A stretch of DNA of 64,000 nt, taken from assembly GCA_963514005.1 (NCBI GenBank), contig OY740816.1, forward strand, positions 15,748,001 to 15,812,000, read 5' to 3'. A model generated the notes under the pieces. It had not been told where the DNA came from. It worked only from the letters and a program-made list of their open reading frames with translations, and made no database searches. This DNA is from Raja brachyura (lineage: Eukaryota). The position numbers and the translations under genes were made by a program. Positions 1-12,000 of this stretch are shown here, in pieces; position 1 is the stretch's first letter; each line of letters opens with the position of its first letter.

Positions 1-1511
1 AGAGAGAGCGCAGAGACTTTCGTGGATGTGTCAGTAATTGGTTATTTAGACCTCTGTAGAAAGTTGGAATAATCTACTATTGTGACCATCAGAAAAGAGA
101 GACTGGGGGGATATTTAGATAAGAAATATCGGTTAACAGGACACTTTATATTATTTTGTAATAACACATACTAGAGTCATAGAGTCATACAGTGATACAG
201 TGTGGAAATAGTCCATTTGGACCAAGTTGCTCACAACGGCCAACATGTCCCGGATACACTAGTCCTACCTGCACGCATTTGGTCCATATTCCTCCAAACC
301 TCTCCCATCAATGTACCTGTGTAACTGTTTATTAAATGCTGGGATAGTCCCTCTGTGGAATGCATGGGTACCCTGAGGAGGCAAGGAGAAGGGTCGGACG
401 AAGCAGGATTAGTGTTCAAGTGTAGGTTTAGGTTTAGGATTATTCCTGCTACGTTTACAGAAAAACAGTGAAATGCTTTTGTTGGCGCGCTATCCAATAA
501 AAGCAGACAATACCATTCAAGAATAAAATCAATTCCAAACATAATTACAGCAGAGGGAAAGCGAAAGGAGCGCAAAATACAGTTTCAAGTTGCTCACCTA
601 ACCTAACCAGGTGAAGGTATCAACTGATACACTGGACCGCCTGGCTCCCTGATACCACTACTGACCTTCTGGGATCATTCCACCCCACTTTACCTCATCC
701 TGAAGCTGATTCCCTCCTTCCATTCCTGGATATCTTATCCCCCGATTCGTCATATGTTACCAAAGCACATTAGTGGTGCCATCATCAGGGAAACATGTCC
801 AAAATACCTGGAAAGACTTCCAGGAATGTCCACTTCACTAAATCCATCTGATCCAAATCAGGCCTGTAGAGGGGCCCCTCAAATACTGTAGTCGTCGCCA
901 TATCATGTGATTTTTATCACAATCCTGCCACTAATTTGGTGGGAAACAAGACATTTAAAGTATAATGAGCTAATGAGAGGGGAAAAAAGGAACCAGGCTT
1001 TGAGCTAACCAAAATTTCGCTTGATATTGTATTACCGTCTACATAGACCTTCAACTGATATCAGGCCCTCCCTTGGAGAGGGGAAGGGTGTCCACCGGAA
1101 ACATCACCCATTCCTTCTCTCCAGATATGCTGCCTGTCTCGTTGAGTTACTCCAGCTCCTTGTGTTTATCTTCAGCTCCTCCCTTTCTCTCGACAATGGA
1201 ATTATTGTCACTTCTGAAATTAACGCCTTATTAACAATTAATTATTGAAATTAACATATTCCTCAATCGGCGTTTAAAACTGATAATTTCAGAGTTACAA
1301 GCACTGGAAAACTAAACTCCAATAGAAAATATAAGCATCTGCGAAGCAAAACACTTTAGCAATCGTGTACATAGACGACGGTGCCTGTGCCCATTCAAGG
1401 GTGACTTTATTTCACGGTATGAGAAAAATTCTGGTTGTTTTACGAATTGCCTTCACCCAGTTTTGCTGTTAAGATTGACAATGTGGAACAAGTTTCAATG
1501 TTTGGACTTAC

Positions 1512-1622
1512 TCAGCATAACCAGGACACCAAGAGTGAAAACCGACAGCAGAATGCTGAGGCCATGAAGAGTGTAGATGATCCTCGGTGAGAGATTTCCT
1601 CGAGAGGGATCTGCTTCAGGTC
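1512..1622 (-). CDS. C-type lectin gene A: transmembrane (signal-anchor) exon; gene continues beyond the window start
   Basis: ctttgcag|GA...CTG A|gtaagt, 111 nt, phase 1-1. Encodes GPEADPSRGNLSPRIIYTLHGLSILLSVFTLGVLVML, sharing the GLS(I/M)LLS motif with the TM exons of genes B and C. Confidence 0.8.
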   Translation of the reverse strand, partial: DLKQIPLEEISHRGSSTLFMASAFCCRFSLLVSWLC

Positions 1623-1669
1623 CTGCAAAGCCCAATTGAAAATCATCACTGAAAGCAAACGAGGAAATC

Positions 1670-2320
1670 ACTGGAAAGAACTGCAGATGCTGGTTTAAAT
1701 TGAAGGTAGACACAAAATGCTGGAGTTTTCAGCAGGACAGGCAGCATCTCTGGAGAGAAGGAATGGGTGACGAGACCCTTCGGGATTCGGTTCGAGATCC
1801 TTCTTCTGACTGATGTCGGGGAGTGAGCGGGACAGAGATAGAATATAGTCAGAGACAGTAAGACAGATGGGAGAATTGGGAAGTAGGAGGGGATGGAGAG
1901 AGGGAAAGCAAGGTCTAATTGAAGTTTGAGAAGTCAAAGTTCATACCGCTGGGGTGCAGACTACCCAAGCGAAATATGAGGTGCTGTTCCTGCAATTTGC
2001 GCTGGGCCTCACTCTGACGATGGTGGAAGCCCAGGACAGAAAGATCAGATTGGGAATGGGAGGGGGAGCTAAAGTTCTGAGCAACCGGGGGATCAGGTCG
2101 GTTAAGAAGGATTGAGCAGTGGGTGTATAGTGAAACGATCGCTGAGCCTGCGCTTGGTTTCGCCGATGTACAGGAGTTGACACCTGGAACAGCAGATACA
2201 GTAGATGAGGTTGGAGGAGTTGTAAGTGAACCTCTGCCTCACCTGAAAAGACTGTCGGGGTCCTTAGATGGATTCGAGGGGGGGGAAGTAAAAGGACAGG
2301 AGTTACATCTCCTGCGGTTG
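1670..2320 (-). mobile_element. Penelope-like retroelement 3' fragment (GIY-YIG region plus terminal repeat)
   Basis: Reverse-complement similarity to 6900-7490: RQRFTxNSSNLIYCI / YIGETKRRL motifs, followed by the aggaactgcagatgctgg... terminal repeat. Confidence 0.8.
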
Positions 2321-2689
2321 AAACAGGCCCTTCAGTCCAACTTGCCCACACCAGCCAACATGTTCCACCTTCACTAGTCCCACTTGCCACTTTGCTCTGA
2401 TCTTTCCAAACCTTTTATACTGACACTTTCAATCCTGGCGTTATGAATCTTTCACGCGGGTCGTCGGTGTACCGACTGCCAGTGACAGGATAAGTAAAAC
2501 GGGGTAAAAATATCACGAAGTACCTGATTGAAATTCATCTGCCCCACTAATTCCGATAAATCCAAGATTTTCTTTGGTGATGTGAAACCTCTGCATTCAT
2601 AAACCTCTGCATTCGGACATCCACACTTCCATGTCCACCGTTGAATTAATGCAGACACGTTAACAATATTTGCTTAGTTTAGTTGTGTT

Positions 2690-3012
2690 TAGGTTAGTTT
2701 AGTTTAGAGATACTGCGCAGATACAGGCCTTTCGGTCCACCGGGTCCGCACCGACCAGCGATCCCCGCACATTAACACAAGCCCACACCCACTCGGGACA
2801 ATTGACACTTATACCAAGTATACAAACCCAAGCCAATTAACCTACAAACCTGTACGCGTTTGGAGTGGGGGAGGAAACCGAAGATCTCAGAGAAAGCCCT
2901 TGCGATCACGGCGAGGACGTGCAAACTCCGTGCAGATAGTACCCGTAGTCGGGGTCGAATTCGGGTCTCCGGCGCTGTAAAGCGGCAACTCTACCGCTGC
3001 GCTACCATGCCG
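2690..3012 (-). mobile_element. tRNA-derived SINE
   Basis: Minus-strand head with Pol III A-box-like (ggtagcgcagcgg) and B-box-like (gaattcgacc) motifs and a (ctaaa)n tail. Related copies at 22815-23118, 42330-42575 and 62620-62868. Confidence 0.75.
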
Positions 3013-3360
3013 CTTATTTATGCACAACCCTCCATTAGATTATTTGTTCACGCTATACAACGTGTTTAAGACGATAAAACTTCCCCCAAATGACTCAGTT
3101 CAACTGAGTTCAACGCCAAATAATAAAATGCACATCGGTATAGAAAAGCCAAAGAGAGCGTAGATGACCTGGCGGGGGTGTTTTTCTTGACCCCGCCCCA
3201 GCGGTACCACGACCGACATTTTATAAGCGAAAACATCACTGAAAACACATGACAGACGGTCAATGGAATTTATTTCAAACATTTTCCGATTGGGATTTAG
3301 GGAAATGTCAGAGCGGGGACTTTAATTTGTTAATGTCTTTCAACTGTCCAAAACCCATGC

Positions 3361-3460
3361 CTTCAATTTTAGAAACTACACGCTCAATACGCTGGGTTTT
3401 GCTGGGCAGTGGATTGAAGTGTTGCAAATGCACGACAACGGGCGTATCATCGTATTCGCT
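3361..3460 (-). CDS. Candidate cytoplasmic exon of lectin gene A (phase 0 to 1, GC donor)
   Basis: Pyrimidine tract ...ccttaccag|AGC; open frame SEYDDTPVVVHLQHFNPLPSKTQRIERVVSKIE; donor would be non-canonical GAAG|gcatgg. Phase fits only the alternative frame of exon 1. Confidence 0.35.
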
Positions 3461-3665
3461 CTGGTAAGGTGGAAGAATAGGAAACGAAGAGCATTCTCCA
3501 GCCCAAGCATCAACCCTTCTTGTTCGGTAACATTTCACCACCCTCCCCCTGGATCTTTACTTGCAGTCTTTGCTGAACTGAGCATGTGAACAAAATTCCA
3601 ATTCATTCACTGTAACTGAAAAATAAACATTCCACATTTCTCCCCGTTCAACCTCTGATATTCAC

Positions 3666-3735
3666 CTGACTTTGGATTCCCGCACAGTTGTTGTACTCTA
3701 CGGCCAGACATACGAAGAGTTTCATCATCTTCCAT
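3666..3735 (-). CDS. C-type lectin gene A: probable first coding exon
   Basis: Kozak aagATGG; MEDDETLRMSGRRVQQLCGNPKS; donor CAG|gtgaat. Phase 1 joins the TM exon in frame. Confidence 0.55.
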
Positions 3736-3972
3736 CTTGTTCTCAGCTGGAAGACCTTCTTGCCGTTGAGGAAACAGGAGACTGTGATGCAGTTTTTTGG
3801 TCGCATCCAGTTCCGCAAAATGTATTTTAGTTTTCAAAGTATCATCTAACTACTGCGAAATGTAATTACGTCAGCTTCTTGTTTTTGGGTTCCGTGCAAA
3901 GCCTCTGAATTGAAGAAGCTGGAAGCACAGAGCCAACCCTGGCCTGAACACGCCCCTACTGTACATTCGGGG

Positions 3973-3980
3973 CTTTTATA
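3973..3980 (-). promoter_or_regulatory. TATA box candidate for gene A
   Basis: TATAAAAG on the minus strand ~240 nt upstream of the ATG at 3735. Motif only. Confidence 0.3.
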
Positions 3981-4019
3981 CGGAGCCCTATAACCGTTAG
4001 AAACTTACAGTATAATTCC

Positions 4020-5010
4020 AGATAGAAAAAAATGCTGCAGAAACTCAACGGGTGAGGCTGCATCTGCGGAGAGACGGAATCGGCGACGTTTCGGGTCGAG
4101 ACCCTTCTGCAGACTGATTTCGGGAGGGGTGGGGGTGTGAAAGAAAGAAAGAGGCGGAGACAGTAGGTTTGTGGGAGAGCTGGGAATGGGGGGGGGGGGG
4201 GGGGGGGTAAAGCAAGGACTACCTGAAATTGAAGAAGTCAATGTTCATACCGCGAAATATAAGGTGCTGTTCCTCCAATTTGCGCTGGGCGTCACTCTGG
4301 CAACGGCGGAGACCCAGGACAGAGTTCGGTTTCGGAATGGGAGGGGAAGTTGAAGTTGAAGTGCTGAGCCACCGGGAGATTAGGTTGGTTATTGCGAATT
4401 TAGCGGAGGTGTTGGGCAAAGCGATCGCCAAGCCGACACTTGGTCTCACCGATGTAGAGAAGTTGACACCTGGAACCCGCAGTAGATGAGGTTGGAGGAT
4501 GTGCAGGTGAACGTCTGCCTCACCTTGAAAGATGCCTTAAGTCCTTGGATGGAGTCGAGAGGGGAGGTAAAGCGACAAGTGTAGCATTTCCTGCGGTTGC
4601 AAGGGAAAATATCCGGGGAAGGGGTGGTTTGGGTGGGAAGGGACGATTTGGCCAGAGAGTTACGGAGGGAGCGGTCTCTGCGGAAAGCAGACAGGGGAGG
4701 AGATGGGAAGATGTGGCCAGTGGTGGGATCCCATTGGAGGTGGCGAAAATGTCGGAGGATTATATGTTGTATGCGACGGCTGGTAGGGTGGAAGGTGAGG
4801 ACAAGGGGCACTCTCTCCTTATTGTGAATAGGGGGATGGTGAGTGAGAGTGGAGCTGCAGGATATGGATGAGACCCTGTTGAGAGTCTCATCTATAATAG
4901 AAGTGGGGAACCCCCTATCCCTAAAGAATGAGGACATGGTCTGGTCTGGAACACCTCATTTTGGGTGCAGATGCGGCGTAAACGGAGGAATTGCGAGTAG
5001 GGGATAGAGT
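4020..5010 (-). mobile_element. Penelope-like retroelement 3' ~1 kb (RT C-terminal/thumb, Cys linker, GIY-YIG)
   Basis: ORF 4446-4937 MSSFFRDRGFP...RVPLVLTFHP...CNRRKCYTC...FTCTSSNLIYC; paralogous to 6500-7490. Confidence 0.85.
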
Positions 5011-5684
5011 CTTTCTCTTTCTTAATCTCTTTGTCTTTCGCTTTTTATTTCTCTTTCCATTTCTCCCTCTCATCCCCAATTCTCACAACACATGAGTTTA
5101 TTAGGAAGCTGCGAGGCATCAGAGTACGGTGCACATATATAACGAGCTACCAGACGAAGTGGTTGAGGCAGATTTGGATAGGTAATCGATAGGTGACGTT
5201 CAAAAGAGCGGATGCGGGCGCATGGAAGTAGCTTAAATTTGGATCTTGGTCGGGATGGAAGAGTGGGGCTGAAGGACTCATTTGGGTTTCTATGATTCTA
5301 TGACTGTACGGTTACATTTGATGGAAAATGGATTCCAGTGTCATTTGAATGGAAATATTCTCGCAATAATATGAAGAGCAAGAACAACAATAGCAGACAC
5401 ATACGATTACACATTTATTGGTGTGAGGTGCCTAATCTATGAACAATGTTGAGTTTCCACGCACGACATACGCCTTACTTCACTCGTAACAGTGCGGCTG
5501 TTAAATAGAATATGTTCGATTGTACCAGTGCGATACAAAGAACATAGAACAAAGAACGGTAAAGCTTGCATACAGACCCACCACGACGCCAATGCTATCT
5601 ATTATTTAGAAACATAGAAATATAGAAACATGGAACATAGGTGCAGAGGGAGGCCATTCGGCACTTCGAGCCAGCACGTTGAAC

Positions 5685-5782
5685 CTCGCCGCCTCACCGA
5701 CGCCAACTCACCTCGCCGCCTCACCGGGGCCAACTCAATTTGCCGCATCACCAGGCACGCCCAACCTTGCTGCCTCACCGAC
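5685..5782 (+). repeat. GC-rich ~27-bp tandem repeat (about 3.5 units)
   Basis: cctcgccgcctcaccgacgccaactca / cctcgccgcctcaccggggccaactca, then degenerating units. Confidence 0.7.
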
Positions 5783-5924
5783 CATCCGCTGACCAGGACC
5801 TTCTACGCTTCGCCCGCTGACCAGGACTCTACTCCCAGTGGGCCTCCACCATCGACTCCACCGACCCTCGCCACTCCACCACCCTCCAGCACACTGCAGC
5901 CGTCGCCTTACCTGAGTGCTAGGC

Positions 5925-7490
5925 TCAGCCCCCATTCCCTCATCTTCACCATAGATGTCCAGTCACACTGCATCTCCATCCCCCACCAGCAGGGTCTTAA
6001 AGCTTTCCGTTTCTTACTCGACCGGAGAACCAACCAATCACCGTCTACTGATACTCTCCTCCGCCCAGCCGAGCTGGTCCTTACCCTTAATAACTTTTTG
6101 TTTGACTCCTCCCATTTCCTCCAAATACAAGGTGTAGCTATGGGCACGCGCATGGGCCCTAGCAATGCATGCCTCTTTGTAGGGTAGGTCGAACAATCCT
6201 TGTTCTAGATGCACCGTGGCCCTATCCCAGAACTCTACCTCTGCTACATCAACGGCTGCACTGGTGCTACCTCCTGCACCCACACACAACTCACTAACTT
6301 CATCAACTTCGCTGCTAACTTCCATCCGGCAATCAAATACACCTGCACCATTTTCGACATTTCATTACCATTTCTTGCCCTCACTGTCTCCATCCCAGGT
6401 GATAGACAACTGACCGATATCTACTATACACCCACTGAATCCCATGGATATCTGGACTACACATCTTCCCACACTGCTTCCTGTAAGAACTCCATCCCCT
6501 ACTCCCAATTACTCCGTCTGCGCCGCATCTGCACCCAGGATGAAGTGTTCCACACCAGGGCATTGGAAATGTCCTCATTTTTCAGGGAATGGGGGTTCCC
6601 CTCTGTTACCATAGACGAGGCTCTCACGAGGGTCTCTTCTTTAACCCGTGACTCTTCTCTCACTCCCCAACCCCCCCCCCCCCCCCACTCGTAACAAGGG
6701 CAGAGTCCCCCTTGTACTCACCTCCCACCCTACCAGCCGTAACATACAACAAATAATCCTCCGACATTTTCGCCACCTCCAACGTGATCCCACCACTTGC
6801 CACATCTTCCCATCTCCTCCCCTGTCTCATTTCCACAGAGACCCTCCCTCCGTAACTCACTGGTCAATTCGTCCCTTCCCACCCGAACTACCCCCTCTCC
6901 AGGCACTTTCCTTGCTACCGCAAGAAATGCTACACTTGTCGCTTTACCTCCCCCCCGACCCCATCCAAGGACCCAAGTAGTCTTTCCAGGTGAGGCAGAG
7001 GTTCACCTGCACCTCCTCCAACCTCATCTATTGCTTCCGCTGCTCTAGATGTCAGCTGCTCTACATTGGTGAGACCAAGCGTAGGCTTGGCGATCGTTTT
7101 GCCGATCACCTCCGCTCGGTACTCCTGGTGGCTCAGCACTTCAACTTCCCCTCCCATTCCGAATTCGACCTTTCTGTCTTGGGCCTCCTCCGTGGCCAGA
7201 GTGAAGACCACCGTAAATTGGAGGAGCAGAACCTCATATTTCGCTTGGGCAGTTTGGAACCCAGTGGTATTAACATTGGCTTCACTTATTTCAGATAATC
7301 CTTACGTTCTCCTCCCCATCTCAGCTCTCCCTCAGCCCACTGGCTCCACTTCTTCCTTGCATCCTCCCGCCCCCCCCCCCCCCCCCACCCTACATCAGTC
7401 TGAAAAAGGGTGCAGAGCCGAAATGTTGCCTATTTCCTTCGCTCCAAAGATGCTGCCTCACCCGCTGAGTTTCTCCAACATTTTTGTCTG
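5925..7490 (+). mobile_element. Penelope-like retroelement, 5'-truncated, decayed RT plus GIY-YIG endonuclease
   Basis: RT motifs FTIDVQS, QIQGVAMGTRMGP and degenerate YIxx; GIY-YIG NLIYCFRCSRCQLLYIGETKRRLGDRFADH; in-frame stops and frameshifts. Confidence 0.9.
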
Positions 7491-8881
7491 CCTGATCAGG
7501 AATATGTCAATCTTTGCCTTACAAATATCCATTGACGGTCTCCGTGGCCTTCCGTGTCAATTTATTCCACAGATTCACCACCCTCTGTCTCAAGAAATTG
7601 TTCATCACCTCCCTTCTAAAGGCACGTCATTTTATTCAGAGGCCACTGGCTCTGGTTCTAAACACTCTAACTTTCTGAACTCCAGCGAGTACAGGTACAT
7701 ATTGAACTTTGAAATCAATATAGACTCCCTCTGGAGATAACTGTGGGATGACATAGAATTACCGTAGAGTGCTAGGATAAACACTGGCACCCTTCTGAGA
7801 ATGGAGATCGATATTAAGAACATCGAGCACAACACTGCGCCTCCCTAATCCCACCGACCGCTGACAAGGAATACATTCAGACCCGAACAGACAGAACTGT
7901 AAAGCTTGTTTATTATACCCGCGGGTTAGCAGGACCAAACATGGAGAGAAAAACAGGTTTCGGCAGAATATGTATAGAGAAAAATAAAATTATTCTGGGA
8001 TAATCCTGTCGTTGCAGACCCGGCCATTAAACTGCCTCCCAGAAAATCAGGGGTGTTGGGATTGGGAAGGAAGTAGACATGTTGTCGGTGGAAGGAAGAG
8101 GGTGATATTGGGTGGAGAGGATTTGCGGACGTGGTAATAATTGAAGGCAAAATATTTATTTCGGGGATGCGATGTTTGTGTCGTGTTATCAACGTCCTTC
8201 CTTGCTGGGAACAGCAGTTTGACCCACACAAGTGCAGTTGATGCAGTCGGACTACGAGCAAAACTTTCATTTGAAGTTTGCACAAACGAGGTGACACTTT
8301 TATGGCGATCGTAAGCGATGGAGGCGTGGCTGGGCTGTGAGAGGAGGGGTGGGAGCGGGGGAGGGCGAGGGGGAGAGGGTGGGGGGGGGGGGGGGGGGTG
8401 GGGAGTTACAGGGAAGTGCGAGGAGTGTACAGAGAGGACACGCTATCAACTAGACTTGTTTTATGACAGCGGAACCGTGTGTTGTCAGTGCGAGCTCCGA
8501 GTGCCAGCGGTATCGGGAACTGGACAGAAGCATATATATCCCTCAAAGGAGAGCGCTGGAGAATGCAGTTGCCAAAGGGCATTGCGAATAGAACTTCCAA
8601 GAAGAGCTTGGGTTCTAAATAGCCAGATATGACGCCGTGAGGGAGCGGAAGCAGCAGGGAATATGCAAAGGTTATTGAGGGTATTGAGTCTTTTGAGCCG
8701 TAGGGTGAGGGTAAAAGAGCAAAGCTTAATGTAAGCACTGAACATTGGGCAGATACAGTGGTTAGGGATCAGATGTGATCAGAAGACCTCTGACCGTGCT
8801 TTTCTTATCAATCCCAGTACTAGGCTGCTATTCGTCCGATCTATGCCTGCGGTGCATCTACAGAGAGCTTCATGGCCGAAT

Positions 8882-9047
8882 TTAGTCGCCAGGTGTCATG
8901 GATTGAGACATCATTGTGAAAGGTCTTTCGCAGATGAGATGATGTATGGAACGGCATGGCCAATCGTGCCACGTTCCACGTTCCGATAACACAGCGCAGT
9001 CTTCCTCTACCCACCCAGATCCTTCAGGTTGCCCTATCCCCCAGAAC
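8882..9047 (-). CDS. Gene B CTLD exon 3 (terminal)
   Basis: ctctctcag|G; FWGIGQPEGSGWVEEDCAVLSERGTWHDWPCRSIHHLICERPF...*, the typical CTLD C-terminal Cys/Trp pattern. Confidence 0.92.
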
Positions 9048-12000
9048 CTGAGAGAGAAGAGAGGCACGAGTCAGATTGGACGAGGGCCAGAAAATCCCTA
9101 ATGGTTACCTTGAGAGCTTCAAATGGTCATCATCACTCCATGCCTCAGCTTACATTGCTTAATTGTATTAGTTGAAAGATACAGCATGAATACAGCCCAT
9201 CCTACTCCATTATCGCAGTACCTGTCTGGTCTATATTCTCACATTCTGGGAACAATTGAAATAGATACATTTTTCAAATTATATTTGGAAATGATGTTGG
9301 AAAACATCAGTCATATATAATGTAAACAGAATTCCCAGAGGTATTTCACCTCAGTATTAACCAGGTTAGGTCAGATTCGATAATTCAACGATGGAAATAT
9401 ATTTAACAGCAAGATTGTACCCTCTATAATACCACCGGTCGGTTTCGCCGCCCTGTGCGTAATACCTTGTGCATTTCTATCTGCAACAGCACTCTAAAAA
9501 GAAGCATGTGGCTTCCTGAGCCCAAATACTGGCATACCTTCCAATACATAGTTGGACTGAGGGCCGAAGGGTTCAATACTGAAATCTGCAGAGTTAGAGA
9601 CACTATGAAGAATTAAGCATATTTCTTAAGATTGGCCCAGTTTGGTTTCTTCGCTACACAGCGCTAACTTGTGCATTAGAGCACAGGTCCCGGCCCAATA
9701 TCTGTTGGCAACCTTCTGATGACAGTAAATTCCCTTTATTATTGTTCTATATCACCCCACATCTCTCCATTCACGTTTTTTCTTCCACCTGTCTACCCGT
9801 TTCTCCAAACACTTGTTTCCACTCTCCGTTTCTTTCTCCAAGAGGCTAAATAACCTGCCCAGTGTCTTGACCCATTTTTCTCAGATTTCCGATCGTAGTT
9901 TGTTTAGACGGTGTGGTTGTAAGTTTATCACAGTTTATCACGGGGTTTATCCAACCGACCACCATGTGTCCCCGGAAATCGTGACCCCACCGCCTCCCTT
10001 TCCCGCTCTCTTTAACTATTTGAACGTTGTTATTGATTTGGGTCTTCCCCAAGCGACCAGGCAGGATATCGCTGCTCCACTGTGACCCGGCGGTCAGACA
10101 GGGATAGACACAAAGTGCTGGAATAACTCAGCGAGTCAGGCAGCATCTCTGGAGATCTGGAGAAAATAGATGGGCGACGTTTCGGGCCGGGACCCTTCTA
10201 CAGGGAGATGTATTTTGTTGAACGGGCCAAAGATCAAGGTGTGACCCTGTTCTGCTGTTATCTACAGGGCAATCCTGATTCTGAGGGATAGAGGGAGCTA
10301 GAAGCTGTTTTTTTTGTTGATGTAGACACTGATATATATCATATATATATATAGAGAGATTTTACAAAGAGCCTCCACAATCTTTGCACATCCCCATTCC
10401 TGGACTTTCCACTCGTCACTTTAATTTCACGTTTCAGGTATCTGGTTGTGTTTTGTGACTGTTGGCAAACCAGTATCCCTCCTGGGATAGATACAGTCTA
10501 TGGTATCGTATGTTATCGCACAAAGCCCTTTGGAGTGACCGCATTAAACGCGGACATAAAAATTGATCGCGTCTCAACTCTGTAGGAACCTGGATGTATG
10601 TACCTCACCGCATGATAAACAACACTCACTTGACATTAGATTCATAATCTGTGCCATCCACCCAACGCCATATTCCTTCTTTTCTACGATCATTTAGTCC
10701 AATCCAGCTGTCAAAGATTTGATTCCGAGCGAGGAATTCCTGTGGAAAAAGTGACAGTTTATGAATAGATTTCCCAGTGTTAGTGGAACGAAGAAAGGTC
10801 GAGTTTCCAACTGCCATCGGCCCATAACAGAGTTAACCACAATATTTAATTTACTCTGGCAAGATTTATTAATGTGGACGATTTGGCCTTCCGTTGATGA
10901 AAAAAAATCCCGTAAACTCTTCCCAGGCTCCAATGCCCATCTATAGAGCTCCCACCTTATAAGTCACAAGTCATAAAGTGTGCAGTTGTTTCCTTCAGAA
11001 CACTCCACGAGGATCGCTATGTGGGAAGGAACTGCAGGTGCTGGTTTCCACCAAAGATAAAATATAGAAGTCTGAAGGATGGAATTAATGGAAACCTGGG
11101 GGTTAAAACTTTTACTCAAAGGGTGGTGGGTGTATGGAGGAGGTAGTTGGGGCAGGTGCTATCGCAATGTTCAAGAAACGTTGAGATACCTGCATAGGAT
11201 AGGTTTAGAGGGATATGGGGCAAAAGCTGGCAGGTGCCATTAATGTCGATGGGGCATGTTGGTCGGGGTGGACATGTTCGGCCGAATGGGCTATTTCCAC
11301 GCCATAACTCTATGACTCTACCTCACGTAAACACAAAATGACAAAAATGACTGTTTGTCCGCGATTTCCGGGACAAAAGAGTGTTAACAATGAGTCTGTG
11401 TGGCTAAAGCCTGACCTCTACTTAAAATCGAACCTGAGATCTACGACTGGCAACAAAATGCTGGAGTAACTGTGGATCAGACAGCATCTCCGGATAAAAT
11501 GAATACTCCTCACAACTCTCTATTTGATCCACATTCTGATGTAGCCGGAGACCACTTTCTTTTGTATTCACAACAGTACAACTTTCTCGGCATACCTCGT
11601 TCATTCACATCCTCATGAATCCTTATTAGTCGTACCTCACATCCATGAAGTTAATGTATAAGTCACATTAAGCACAGTTCCCAGCACTGTTCCCCGCTGA
11701 ACTACACTTGGGCTGCTATCAGCAAAACAATGTTGTATCTAATTAGCCAGCTCGCCTTAGATCTTTACACCGTAGCCTTCTGGATATCAAACCATGTACA
11801 ATGACAGTAAAATGCTTTGCTAAAGTATACATTTGCAACATCTACAGCCCCGTCTTCATCACCCTTCTTAGTTACAACTGAATGTAACGAACAAAGGATG
11901 TAACGAACCAGCTCCCCTAAACTGTTAATGACCACAAGATTGGAGTTCATAGAGGCACATAAATCTTGAGATTCATTCCAAGTTCCGCGAGTTGATGAGA

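Noticed and set aside
808-863. Candidate next exon of gene A
   Set aside because: The required phase-1 reading hits TAG; no lectin neck or CTLD similarity.
2945-3012. tRNA gene
   Set aside because: It is the tRNA-like head of a SINE that continues into the SINE body and tail.
5685-5782. CRISPR-like repeats
   Set aside because: Contiguous tandem units without spacers, in a eukaryotic context.
8340-8405. G-rich tract / G-quadruplex
   Set aside because: Low-complexity poly-G is common throughout the window, with no evidence of function.
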